Source: Myxococcales bacterium (GTDB lineage Bacteria; Myxococcota_A; Polyangia; Nannocystales; Nannocystaceae). Taken from it: a stretch of 64,000 nt of DNA. The stretch is taken from assembly GCA_020633335.1 (NCBI GenBank), contig JACKDU010000002.1, forward strand, positions 442,730 through 506,729, read 5' to 3'. Below are positions 19,549 to 28,445 of the stretch, piece by piece. Within the stretch, counting starts at the first letter, position 1. Each line of letters opens with the position of its first letter. The notes beneath the pieces are model-generated. The model was given only the letters and a program-made list of their open reading frames with translations, was not told where the DNA came from and did not search any database. The translations under genes and the position numbers were made by a program.

Positions 19549-21648
19549 ATGGCCGCAGGTGAGGACGGGGCCGCAGGGGGCTCCGCGCGTCCCACCGAGG
19601 AAGCACCGGGGAGATCGCAGGCTGATTCACCCGGCGCCCTGCGGACCGTCGTCCGCAGCCGCCGCGATCCCCAGGCCGAGGCCGACGCCCGCAGCCCGGG
19701 CTTCGTCACCGCGATCGACGTCGCGGCGATCGAGGACAGCCGCCCCGCGGACGATCTCCCGCGCCTCCTCAATGAGGGGGCGGCGACCAACGTCCGCTCG
19801 CTCGGCGGCCTCGGGCAATTCTCGGCGGTGTCGATCCGCGGCTCGACCGCCCAGCAGGTCGCCTACTACATCGACGGCGTCCCCCTCGGCCAGGCGCTGA
19901 GCGGCCTCCAGAGCGCGGGCGATCTCCCGCTCGACGGCCTCGATCGCATCGAGGTCCACCGCGGCCACCTCCCGCTCGCGCTCGGCTCGGCGATCGGCGG
20001 GGCGATCAACCTCGTCGGCGATCTCCGCTGCCGCGGCCCGGCCCTGCGGGCGATCGCCGGGGTCGGCTCCTTCGCCGGGCATGACGCCCGCCTCGCGACG
20101 CGCTGGCGGATCCGCCGGGTCTGCCTCAGCGCCCGCGCCGGGGTCGCCGGAGCAGCCGGCGACTTCGACTTCCTCGACACCCGCGGCACCCCGCAGAACC
20201 CCGCCGACGATCGGCTCGTCCGGCGCCGCAACAATCAATACGAGCGGGCGCTCGGCCAGCTCGGGGTCGCGGCCCGCCGCGGCCGCTGGGTGCTCCGCGG
20301 CCGCCAGCTCGTCGCCACCAAGCGCCAGGGGATCCCGGGGCCCGGCTACGCCCAGTCGACCCTGAGCGAGCTCGAGACCCTGAGCGCGCGGACCCTGGCG
20401 AGCGCCGAGGCCAGTGACCTCCTCGGCGAGGGCGCGCCGCTGACCTGGGTCGCCAGCGTCGGCGTCGAGCGCCGGCGCTACCGCGATCCCCTCGGCGAGG
20501 TCGGCCTCGGCAACGACGACGAGCGCCTCCTCGCCGCCGACGCCTACCTCTCGCCGCGCCTGGCGGTGCCGCTCTGGCGCGGCGCGATCCTCTCGCTCCT
20601 CGGCGAGGGCCGGGGCGAGGCGATCGCGGTCGACGAGGCCCAGGGGGTCCCGGGCGCGAGCGGCGACGCCCGCCGCCGCCGCTTCGCCGCCGCCGCCGGC
20701 CTCCAGCTCGATCAGCGCCTCGGCGGCCGCTTGCTCGTCGCCCCGGGGATCCGGATCGACGCCCTCCGCAGCCGCTTCGCCGTCCCCGCGGGCGAGGGCG
20801 AGGTCGACGATCAGGGGCGCGACGCCGCGACCCTCGGGACCTCGCCGCGCCTCGCCGCCCGCCTCGATCTCGGCGAGGGGCTGAGCCTGCGGGCGAGCGC
20901 CGGCCGCTACTTCCGGGCGCCGACCCTCGTCGAGCTCTTCGGCGACCGCGGCTATGTGATCGGCAACGAGGGGCTCCGCCCCGAGCGCGGCACCAACCTC
21001 GAGGGCGGCTACGTCTACCGCCGCGGCGGCCGCGATCGCGATCTCGACCTCCGCCTGCACACGGCTGGCTTTTGGACCAGGTCCGAGGATCTGATCCAGT
21101 GGGTGCAGACCGGGCCGGTGATCCAGCCGCGCAACCTCGCCGCGGCGCTGGTCCGCGGGATGGAGCTCGGCCTCGCCGCGAGCTGGCGGCGCCTCCTCGC
21201 CGTCGACGCGAGCTACACGCTCCTCGCCACCCGCAACCTCAGCCCCGACGCGTCGATGGCCGACAAGCGCCTGCCGGGGCGCCCCCTCCACCAGCTCTTC
21301 GCCCGCGCGAGCGCGGGCTGGCGCTTCGCCAGCGCGGTCGCCGGGGCGATCGAGCCGCGCCTCCACTACACGCTCGAGGTCACCTCCGGCACCTTCCTCG
21401 ACGCCTCCGAGCGGGTCGCCGTGCCGCCGCGGGTGCTCCACGGCTGCGGGATCAGCGTCGAGCTCGCCGAGCGCCTCCGCCTCGCGCTCGAGCTCCGCAA
21501 CCTCCTCGATCTCCGGACCACCACCTGGACCCCGCCGGTCCGCGGGGCCTCGCCGCTGACCGTCCCGGTGAGCGACTTCATCGGCTACCCGCTCCCCGGT
21601 CGCTCGCTCTGGGCGAGCCTCCGGATCGACCTCGATCGCCCGCACTAG
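19549..21648 (+). CDS. btuB: TonB-dependent outer-membrane receptor (BtuB-like, B12-riboswitch controlled)
   Basis: Plug domain 'IDVAAIEDSRPADDLPRLLNEGAATNVRSLGGLGQFSAVSIRGSTAQQVAYYIDGVPLG'. A long beta-barrel follows. Only the ATG at 19549 is available in this frame. The in-frame upstream stretch encodes a signal-peptide-like sequence with no start codon (see findings). Confidence 0.85.
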   Translation: MAAGEDGAAGGSARPTEEAPGRSQADSPGALRTVVRSRRDPQAEADARSPGFVTAIDVAAIEDSRPADDLPRLLNEGAATNVRSLGGLGQFSAVSIRGSTAQQVAYYIDGVPLGQALSGLQSAGDLPLDGLDRIEVHRGHLPLALGSAIGGAINLVGDLRCRGPALRAIAGVGSFAGHDARLATRWRIRRVCLSARAGVAGAAGDFDFLDTRGTPQNPADDRLVRRRNNQYERALGQLGVAARRGRWVLRGRQLVATKRQGIPGPGYAQSTLSELETLSARTLASAEASDLLGEGAPLTWVASVGVERRRYRDPLGEVGLGNDDERLLAADAYLSPRLAVPLWRGAILSLLGEGRGEAIAVDEAQGVPGASGDARRRRFAAAAGLQLDQRLGGRLLVAPGIRIDALRSRFAVPAGEGEVDDQGRDAATLGTSPRLAARLDLGEGLSLRASAGRYFRAPTLVELFGDRGYVIGNEGLRPERGTNLEGGYVYRRGGRDRDLDLRLHTAGFWTRSEDLIQWVQTGPVIQPRNLAAALVRGMELGLAASWRRLLAVDASYTLLATRNLSPDASMADKRLPGRPLHQLFARASAGWRFASAVAGAIEPRLHYTLEVTSGTFLDASERVAVPPRVLHGCGISVELAERLRLALELRNLLDLRTTTWTPPVRGASPLTVPVSDFIGYPLPGRSLWASLRIDLDRPH

Positions 21649-21682
21649 CGACCTCCAACTCACGGAAGAGACCAGAGACGAC

Positions 21683-22942
21683 ATGCAGACCCCGACCCTC
21701 AGAACCCCGACGCGCCCGCGCGATTTTGCGCTCGCCGCTCCCCTCCTCCTCCTCCTCGCCTGCACCGGCGGGAGCGCGACCTCGGAGTCCGAGGGCGCGA
21801 CCGACTCTGACTCCGACACCGGGGCGGCGACCGACTCCGACACCGAGGGCGCGCCGACGATCCTCGAGCTAGACGGCCCCTGCCAGGGCCCGGTCGCCGA
21901 TCCGAGCCGCCTCGCGGTGATCACCACCGACTTCGTCAACGGCTCGCTCAGCGTCGCCGACGCGGCCGCGATGAGCGTCAGCCTCGACGTCGCGGCCGCG
22001 ACCACCGACACCCTGGCGACCTGGGCCGACGGCCGCCTCTACCTGGTCCATCGCTTCGGCTTCAACGCGATCGACGTCCTCGACGGCGCCTCCTGGGCGA
22101 AGGTGGGGAGCCACATGGTCAGCGTCGACGGGGTCGCCGAGCCCAACCCGCAGACGCTGGTGATCGGCGACGACGGCCTCGCCTACCTCACGCTCTTCGG
22201 CGCGCCCGAGGTGCAGGTCCTCGACCTCGCGGGCGGCGGCGGCGAGGTCGGGACGATCGACCTCAGCGCCTTCGCCGACGACGACGGCAACCCCGAGGCC
22301 GGGGTGGCGATCGCCTGCGGCTCGACCCTCATCGTCGGGATCCAGCGCCTCGATCCGAGCTTCACGCCGGTCGACCAGAGCTACCTCGTCGCGCTCGACA
22401 TGACCCTGGGGACAGCCATCGACCTCGACCCGAGCGCCGACGGGATCCAGGGGCTCGCGCTCGCCGGCTCCTGGCCCCGGCAGATCCGGGTCGACCCGGC
22501 CGATCCGAGCGGCGAGACGATCCTGGTGCTGACCAGCGGGATCGAGCGGATCCACCTGCCGAGCGCGACCCGCGAGTGGGCGCTCGCGGCCGCCGATCTC
22601 GAGGCCGCCGGGATCGCCGGCTTCGCCCCCCAGGCCTTCGTCACGGACGCAGCCGGCGAGGTCGCCTACCTCGCGGCCAGCGACGGCGAGTGGCCGGCGG
22701 CGGCGGTCTTCCGGGCCGGCCTCGACGGCCGGGCGCCGACCGCCCCGGAGAAGGTGATCAGCGGGATCGCCACCCACGAGAAGGTCCTCGAGCGGATCGG
22801 CGACCGCCTCTGGGTCGGCGACACGACCCCGGGCGCCAGCGGCCTCCGGGTCTGGGACCTCGCCGCCGGCGCGCCGACCGAGGTCACCGCCGCCCCCCTC
22901 GACACCGGCCTCCCGCCCTACACCCTCCTGCCGATCCCCTGA
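21683..22942 (+). CDS. lipoprotein of unknown function, paralog 1 (beta-rich, probable propeller-like); in the B12-uptake operon
   Basis: Lipobox 'APLLLLLACTGG', then an acidic S/D/T linker. Shares blocks and C-terminus ('...DTGLPPYTLLPIP') with the next gene ('...ATGLAPYALSVVP'). An 8-bp gap separates it from the next gene. Confidence 0.7.
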   Translation: MQTPTLRTPTRPRDFALAAPLLLLLACTGGSATSESEGATDSDSDTGAATDSDTEGAPTILELDGPCQGPVADPSRLAVITTDFVNGSLSVADAAAMSVSLDVAAATTDTLATWADGRLYLVHRFGFNAIDVLDGASWAKVGSHMVSVDGVAEPNPQTLVIGDDGLAYLTLFGAPEVQVLDLAGGGGEVGTIDLSAFADDDGNPEAGVAIACGSTLIVGIQRLDPSFTPVDQSYLVALDMTLGTAIDLDPSADGIQGLALAGSWPRQIRVDPADPSGETILVLTSGIERIHLPSATREWALAAADLEAAGIAGFAPQAFVTDAAGEVAYLAASDGEWPAAAVFRAGLDGRAPTAPEKVISGIATHEKVLERIGDRLWVGDTTPGASGLRVWDLAAGAPTEVTAAPLDTGLPPYTLLPIP

Positions 22943-22949
22943 GGCGCCG

Positions 22950-24161
22950 ATGCCCCGCCGACCCCTCGCCGCCCTCCTGGCGCTCGTAGCCTGCGACTCG
23001 GCGCCGCCGCCGATCGATCCGCCGGACCAGGGTCCGCCGCCGATCGTCGGCGCGCCGGCCCTCGATCGGCCCTGCGAGGGGCCGCCGGAGGCCCCCCGCT
23101 TCCTCGCGGTGACGACCACCGACTTCACCACGGGGGCGCTCTCGATCGTCGACGTCGAGGCGATGGCGTCGACGCCAGACGTCGCCCTCGCCAGCTCCGA
23201 CGCCAAGCCCTTCGCCCACGAGGGCCTCCTCTACGTGCTCCACCGCTACCAGCTCGACGCCCTCGACGTCATCGATCCGGCGGCCGAGTGGGCGCTGGTC
23301 GACTCCCAGGCGATCGATCACGAGGGCCCCGGGAGCGCCAACCCGCACGCGATCGCCTTCGCCGACGACGGCCTCGCCTACGTCTCCTTCTTCGGCGCGC
23401 CGGCGATCGCCGTCTACGACCTCGGCGATCCCGCGCACCCGCGGCGGAGCGGGACGATCGCCCTCGGCGCGCTCGCGGACGCCGACGGCAACCCCGAGGC
23501 CTCGCTGGCGATCGCCTGCGGCGACGCGCTCTTCGTCACCCTCGAGCGCCTCGACCGCGACGCCGCCTTCGCCCCGCGCGAGGACCACGACGAGGTCGCG
23601 GTGATCGACCGCGCGAGCGGCCGCCTCCACGACCTCGACGCCGACGCGCCGGGGATCCAGGGGATCGAGCTCCGGGGGCTCTGGGCCCGGCAATGGCGCC
23701 GCGATCCCGACGACCCGCGCGGGACGACGCTGCTGGTCCTCACCGAGGGGATCGAGCGCCTCGATCTCGCGGCCGGCGAGAGCACCTGGCTGGTCGCGCC
23801 GGCGCTCCTCGAGGGGCTCGGGATCCGCTCCTACCTCCAGCCGCAGGCCTTCGCCCTCCACCCGGCGAGCGGCGCGATCTACCTCGCTAGCTACCGCGAG
23901 GACTTCTCCGAGGTGGTCGTCCACCGCGTCGATCCGGCGGCGGAGCCCGAGGCTGCGGCGGTCGAGGTCCTCAGCGGCCTGATGACCAGCGAGCAGACCC
24001 TCGAGGTGATCGGCGACACCCTCTGGATCGGCGACCGCACGCCGGGCGCCGCCGGGATCCGGGCCTACGCGATCGACCCGAGCAGCGGCGCCCTGAGCCC
24101 GCGCCTGGACGCCCCCCTCGCCACCGGGCTCGCGCCCTACGCCCTGAGTGTGGTCCCCTGA
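22950..24161 (+). CDS. lipoprotein of unknown function, paralog 2 (tandem duplicate of 21683..22942)
   Basis: Lipobox 'LAALLALVACDS'. Shared blocks are 'PCEGPPEAPRFLAVTTTDFTTGALSIVD' versus 'PCQGPVADPSRLAVITTDFVNGSLSVAD', 'DGLAYVSFFGAP' versus 'DGLAYLTLFGAP', and 'ADADGNPEASLAIACGDALFV' versus 'ADDDGNPEAGVAIACGSTLIV'. Confidence 0.7.
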   Translation: MPRRPLAALLALVACDSAPPPIDPPDQGPPPIVGAPALDRPCEGPPEAPRFLAVTTTDFTTGALSIVDVEAMASTPDVALASSDAKPFAHEGLLYVLHRYQLDALDVIDPAAEWALVDSQAIDHEGPGSANPHAIAFADDGLAYVSFFGAPAIAVYDLGDPAHPRRSGTIALGALADADGNPEASLAIACGDALFVTLERLDRDAAFAPREDHDEVAVIDRASGRLHDLDADAPGIQGIELRGLWARQWRRDPDDPRGTTLLVLTEGIERLDLAAGESTWLVAPALLEGLGIRSYLQPQAFALHPASGAIYLASYREDFSEVVVHRVDPAAEPEAAAVEVLSGLMTSEQTLEVIGDTLWIGDRTPGAAGIRAYAIDPSSGALSPRLDAPLATGLAPYALSVVP

Positions 24162-24163
24162 GC

Positions 24164-25234
24164 GTGATGACGATGCGCGGAGACGAGCGTCGCGGGGAGC
24201 GCGGAGGCGAGCACAGGGCCCGCCTGCGGCGTCGGGCGTCGGCGGCCGCCGCCGGAGATGTCCCCACGACCAGGTCGAGCGGGCGCGCGCGCGCGGGCGA
24301 TTCGCTCGACGTCGCCGCCGCGACCGAGCCCCGCGAGCGACGCCCTCGCGCCCGCCTGCGCAGCCTCGCCGGCGCCCTCGCCCTCGCCTGCGCCACCTCG
24401 CTGTCGGCCTGCGCGCGCCCCCCTGCCCCGCGTGCGGAGACCAACGAGCACCGGCGGGTCGCCTCGCAGACGGTGCTCAGCGACGAGATCCTCTGGGCGC
24501 TCGGCCCCGAGACCCAGGCCCGGGTGATCGCCGTCTCGCCGCTCGTCGACGATCCCCGCTACTCGACGATCCCCGGCGCCTGGCCGCCCGCGCTGCCCCG
24601 CCTCGCCGGCTCGTCGGAGTCGCTCCTCGCGCTCGCGCCGGACCTCGTGATCATCGCCTCCTTCACCGCCCCCGAGACCCGCGTCTTCCTCGAGGCCCAC
24701 CACGTCGAGACCCTCGAGCTCGACGCCTTCACCGGCTTTGACGATCTCTGGCGCCACACCCGGGCGATCGCCGCGGCGGTCGACGCCGAGGCCGCGGGCG
24801 AGGCGCTGATCGCCGGCCAGGAGGCCCGCCTGGCCGCGCTCCGCCGCGATCACGATCGCGGGCGCCGCCCCGCCGCCGTCTCCTGGGGCGACGGGATGAT
24901 CGCCGCCCGCGACACCTCCTTCGACGCGATCGCCGGGGCCGCCGGGCTCGACAACCTCGCCGCCGCCCGCGGTCTCGTGGGACATGTCCCTTTGACCATC
25001 GAGGAGCTCACCGCCTGGGATCCCGAGGTCATCGTCATCGGCTGCGAGCCGCCCGGCTGCGAGGCGGCGGAGCGCGAGCTCGCCGGGCGGCCGGGGATCG
25101 CCGCGACCCGGGCGGCCCGCGAGGGCGGGATCATCGCGCTCCCGGCGGCCGCGCTGGCGAGCACCGGCGAGGGGATGATCGTCGCCGCCGAGCTCCTCAG
25201 CGCCCGCCGCCTCGCGCTCCCGGAGGCGCCGTGA
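24164..25234 (+). CDS. btuF: ABC transporter periplasmic substrate-binding protein, BtuF/FecB (class III) family
   Basis: Signal 'LRSLAGALALACATSLSACA'. 'RVIAVSPLVDDP...LAPDLVIIASFTAPE...HVETLELDAF...WDPEVIVIGCEPPG' is the two-lobe siderophore/B12 binding-protein pattern. Confidence 0.75.
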   Translation: MMTMRGDERRGERGGEHRARLRRRASAAAAGDVPTTRSSGRARAGDSLDVAAATEPRERRPRARLRSLAGALALACATSLSACARPPAPRAETNEHRRVASQTVLSDEILWALGPETQARVIAVSPLVDDPRYSTIPGAWPPALPRLAGSSESLLALAPDLVIIASFTAPETRVFLEAHHVETLELDAFTGFDDLWRHTRAIAAAVDAEAAGEALIAGQEARLAALRRDHDRGRRPAAVSWGDGMIAARDTSFDAIAGAAGLDNLAAARGLVGHVPLTIEELTAWDPEVIVIGCEPPGCEAAERELAGRPGIAATRAAREGGIIALPAAALASTGEGMIVAAELLSARRLALPEAP

Positions 25235-26244
25235 GCCGCCTCCCCCTCGTCCTCGCCCTCGCCGCTGCGCTCGCGGCCCTCGCCCTCGCGCTCCTCGTCG
25301 GCCCCGGCGAGCTCGGCCCCGGCGACGTCGCGGCGATCCTCGGCCACCACCTCGGCCTCGTCGACGCCGCGCCGCCGCCGATCGCCGACGCGATCATCTG
25401 GGAGCTCCGCCTCCCCCGCGCCCTCCTCGCGGCGGTGATCGGCGCGGCCCTCGGCGGCGCCGGGGCGATCACCCAGGGCCTCTTCCGCAACCCGCTCGCC
25501 GAGCCCGGCGTCCTCGGGATCTCCTCCGGAGCCGCCCTCTTCGCGGTGATCGGCTTCGCCCTCGGCCTCGACGCCGCGACCCCGTGGGCAGCCGCGCTCC
25601 TCGCCGCCGGCGGAGCGACCAGCGTCCTCCTCCTCCTCCTCGCCTTCGTCGGCGCGCGGATCGACGTCGCCACCCTCCTCCTCTCGGGGGTCGCGGTCGC
25701 GGCCCTCGCGTCGGCGGTCACCACCCTGATCCTCGCGCTCGCGTCGGCGCGCTGGGATCTCGGGCTCCGGGTGATCCACTGGCTCATGGGATCCTTCGAG
25801 GGCCGGAGCTGGGGGCACCTGGCGATCGCCGCGCCGATCGTCAGCCTCGGCCTCGGCCTCAGCCTCTGGATCCGCCGCGACCTCGACGTCCTCTTCCTCG
25901 GCCCCGAGAGCGCGCGCTCGCTCGGCGTCGACCTCCGCCGCCTCCACCTCCAGGCGATCGCGGCGATCGGCCTCCTCGTCGGCGTCGCCACCGCGCTCAC
26001 CGGGATCATCGGCTTCATCGGCCTCATCGTCCCCCACCTCGCCCGCCGCCTCGGCGGCCCCGGGCACCGCCGCCTGATCCCGCTGAGCGCGGCGATCGGC
26101 GGCGGTGTCCTCCTCCTGGTCGACACCGGCGCCCGCGCGTTCACGTCCTTCGTCCTCCCGCCCGGGGTGATCACCAGCCTCCTCGGCGCGCCCTTCTTCC
26201 TCTGGATCCTCTGGCGCCAGCGGGTGCGGGTCGACGGGCTCTAG
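25231..26244 (+). CDS. btuC: ABC transporter permease, FecCD/BtuC family
   Basis: 'RLPRALLAAVIGAALGGAGAITQGLFRNPLAEPGVLGISSGAAL' is the FecCD signature. About 9-10 TM helices. Start overlaps the upstream stop. Confidence 0.85.
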   Translation: MSRLPLVLALAAALAALALALLVGPGELGPGDVAAILGHHLGLVDAAPPPIADAIIWELRLPRALLAAVIGAALGGAGAITQGLFRNPLAEPGVLGISSGAALFAVIGFALGLDAATPWAAALLAAGGATSVLLLLLAFVGARIDVATLLLSGVAVAALASAVTTLILALASARWDLGLRVIHWLMGSFEGRSWGHLAIAAPIVSLGLGLSLWIRRDLDVLFLGPESARSLGVDLRRLHLQAIAAIGLLVGVATALTGIIGFIGLIVPHLARRLGGPGHRRLIPLSAAIGGGVLLLVDTGARAFTSFVLPPGVITSLLGAPFFLWILWRQRVRVDGL

Positions 26245-26370
26245 CGCACTAGCGGGGCGTCGCCTTTGCATGTCCGAGTGGACATGTTGATCGCGCCCCC
26301 GAAGGTCCTCGACGACATGTCTCTTCGGACATCTTCTTCGAGGGGCTCGTCGTCACGCGCCGCAGCGCCG

Positions 26371-27675
26371 CTACTCGATCTCGACCCGCCGCACGAGCAC
26401 CTCGCCGATCGTCACCTCGACCGCGACCGCCTCGGGCGGCGGCGTGAAGCGGACGCCGACGCCGACGCCGACGAGCGCCCCCTCCCCGTCGAAGGCCCGC
26501 CAGCGCCGGAGCGGCTCGCCCTCGTCCCAGCCCTCCGCCGGCGCCAGCCAGCCGTCGCCGTCGCCGACCAGCGCGGCCGCGTAGGCGGGGGGCTCCTCGG
26601 GGAGCGGCGCCCCGGCCGGCCCGAAGAAGCGCTCGTCGACCGGCTCATTGCGCCAGTCGCAGTGGACGTGGTCGTCGTAGACCTCGCGGAAGCCGGCGCC
26701 CTCGACCCCGCAGCGGTCGTAGACCTCGGCGAGGCTCGCGTTCGACGCCTTGAGGTCGAAGGCGTCGCCGTAGATGTGGCGCGACCAGGTCGAGCCGCCG
26801 AGGCCCGCGTTGTGGACCGGGTTGCGGAACCCCGAGGGCACGGTGATCGGCCCGAGCGCGTCGCGGATCGCCTGGATGTGCTCGACCGCCGACGGCTGGA
26901 CGACGACGTAGGGCCCGAACTGGGCGGTGACCAGCTCGCTGAACGCGAAGTTCGGCGCGACCTTGATCCCGAGGTCGACGCCGGTGAGGTCGATGAAGGC
27001 CAGGGGCGCCCGGTAGTTCGGGTCCTGATCGAGGGGCGGCGGGTACTCGAAGCCGAGCTCGTCGGCCGCGGGCAGCACCAGCGGGAAGCAGACATCCCAG
27101 GCGCCCCCGGGCCCGGGGTAGCAGACGTCGTCGCCGAGGACGCCAGTGTCCCCGGTGTCCCCCGTGTCCCCGGTGTCCTCGCCGTCGCTGACCACGGTGA
27201 CCCGCGTCGCGCCGCCGACGATGTAGCCGCAGCCGTCGTAGGCCGTCGCCTGGATCGACCGCGGGCCGACCGGCGCGAAGGTGTACTCGACCGCGAAGTC
27301 CGAGGCCACGTCCGTGCTCTCGCCGATGTAGAGCACGGCCTCGGCCTCGTAGACCACCCGCGCGACCGGCCCGTCGGCGACCGCGGTGATCGTGACCGGG
27401 TTGACCGCGCTCGCCCCCGGCGACGTGATCTCGAGGTTGACCGTCTGACCGCAGGCCTGGCCGCCGGTCTGGCCGCCGCTGGTCCCCTCCCCGCTCTCCC
27501 CGCCGCTCGACGACGAGGCGCCGGTCGACCCCTCCCCCGACGAGCCGGGGCCCGGGTCTCCGCTCGAGGGGAACGCGTTGGTCCCGCCCTCACTCGCCCC
27601 CTCGGAGGGGCCACCACAGGCGACGCCGAGCGCGGCCGAGAGGGCGCCTGCGAGGTATTTCGGGGGTCTCACCAT
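26371..27675 (-). CDS. secreted lipoprotein with C-terminal peptidase M15/DUF882-like (YcbK/VanY-type) zinc D,D- or L,D-peptidase domain
   Basis: Lipobox 'LSAALGVACGG'. Gly/Ser-rich linker. Motif 'VPSGFRNPVHNAGLGGSTWSRHIYGDAFDL...DDHVHCDW' matches the SGxR...N..GG..S.H..G.A.D...H.D metal site of M15/DUF882 peptidases. Confidence 0.65.
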   Translation of the reverse strand: MVRPPKYLAGALSAALGVACGGPSEGASEGGTNAFPSSGDPGPGSSGEGSTGASSSSGGESGEGTSGGQTGGQACGQTVNLEITSPGASAVNPVTITAVADGPVARVVYEAEAVLYIGESTDVASDFAVEYTFAPVGPRSIQATAYDGCGYIVGGATRVTVVSDGEDTGDTGDTGDTGVLGDDVCYPGPGGAWDVCFPLVLPAADELGFEYPPPLDQDPNYRAPLAFIDLTGVDLGIKVAPNFAFSELVTAQFGPYVVVQPSAVEHIQAIRDALGPITVPSGFRNPVHNAGLGGSTWSRHIYGDAFDLKASNASLAEVYDRCGVEGAGFREVYDDHVHCDWRNEPVDERFFGPAGAPLPEEPPAYAAALVGDGDGWLAPAEGWDEGEPLRRWRAFDGEGALVGVGVGVRFTPPPEAVAVEVTIGEVLVRRVEIE

Positions 27676-28445
27676 GCGGCCATGTCCTTCGGGTTGCGGG
27701 CGCCGTCAGGCGCCGACGGTCGTCGAGTGTAGCTACAAGCGACGCCCTCGCCCGGCCCTTTTTCACAGCCTTTTTGGCGAAGAAGGCTACAGATTTGTCT
27801 CACGGGGCGACGTCCCCGAGGGCGCCGCCAGACGATGTGACATCCCTCAGAGCATCCCATAAAGACATGTCCATAGCAACATGTCTCTAAATACATGGTC
27901 CGCTGAGCATCGCTCAAGACCGCCCTGCGCGCCCCTGCGTGCGGGCGAAAGCGTCAGCGAGGGATCCCGACCCCAGCGGCGATCGGGTTCGCGTGGGGGG
28001 ACGCCTGCGATCGCGCGGCGCGTCCTCGCCAGCGACCCCGCAGCCGGCCGCGCAGCCGGCCGCGGGAGCGCGCTGCGCATGATCTCCCAGAGGACAAGAC
28101 CACAACATATTGGGTAGCCATGCGCGATCGATCCACGACATCTTGGGGCGCGTCGCGATCGCCCTCGCCCGCGCTCGATCACGCGGCGAGCGATCAAGTG
28201 CCAGTGTCAGATTACGTGCACATACATCAGGGCGAATGCGCGCCTGAACAGACGTGCATAGACCACTACGAAAGGCCCCGAACCATCGTTATGATGGTCG
28301 CCCTCTTCACCCCAGGTCGTGATCGAGACCGTGCCGAGCAACGCATATCACCGGCGCAGCCGCGCCACCTCTGCCCCGGCTTCCCGACGGCCCGGACGAG
28401 CGAGCGCTCGCCCGGCGCCTGGTCCCCGACAAGGAGTAGGACACT

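Noticed and set aside
19259-19900. 213-aa ORF overlapping the riboswitch and receptor start
   Set aside because: It runs through the riboswitch consensus and is Pro/Arg/Ser-rich. The riboswitch and receptor frame explain the sequence.
19627-22011. 794-aa minus-strand ORF across the TonB receptor
   Set aside because: Antisense shadow. The plus strand encodes clear plug and barrel motifs.
24850-26271. 473-aa minus-strand ORF across btuC
   Set aside because: Antisense shadow of the FecCD permease.
27578-28445. Small ORFs (27578..27862, 27881..28117, 5' part of 28120..29475) in the long divergent intergenic region
   Set aside because: No RBS and no motifs. Their composition is unlike neighbouring genes, and the real SLT-like gene starts at the lipoprotein signal (ATG 28446). 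The region is more likely regulatory.
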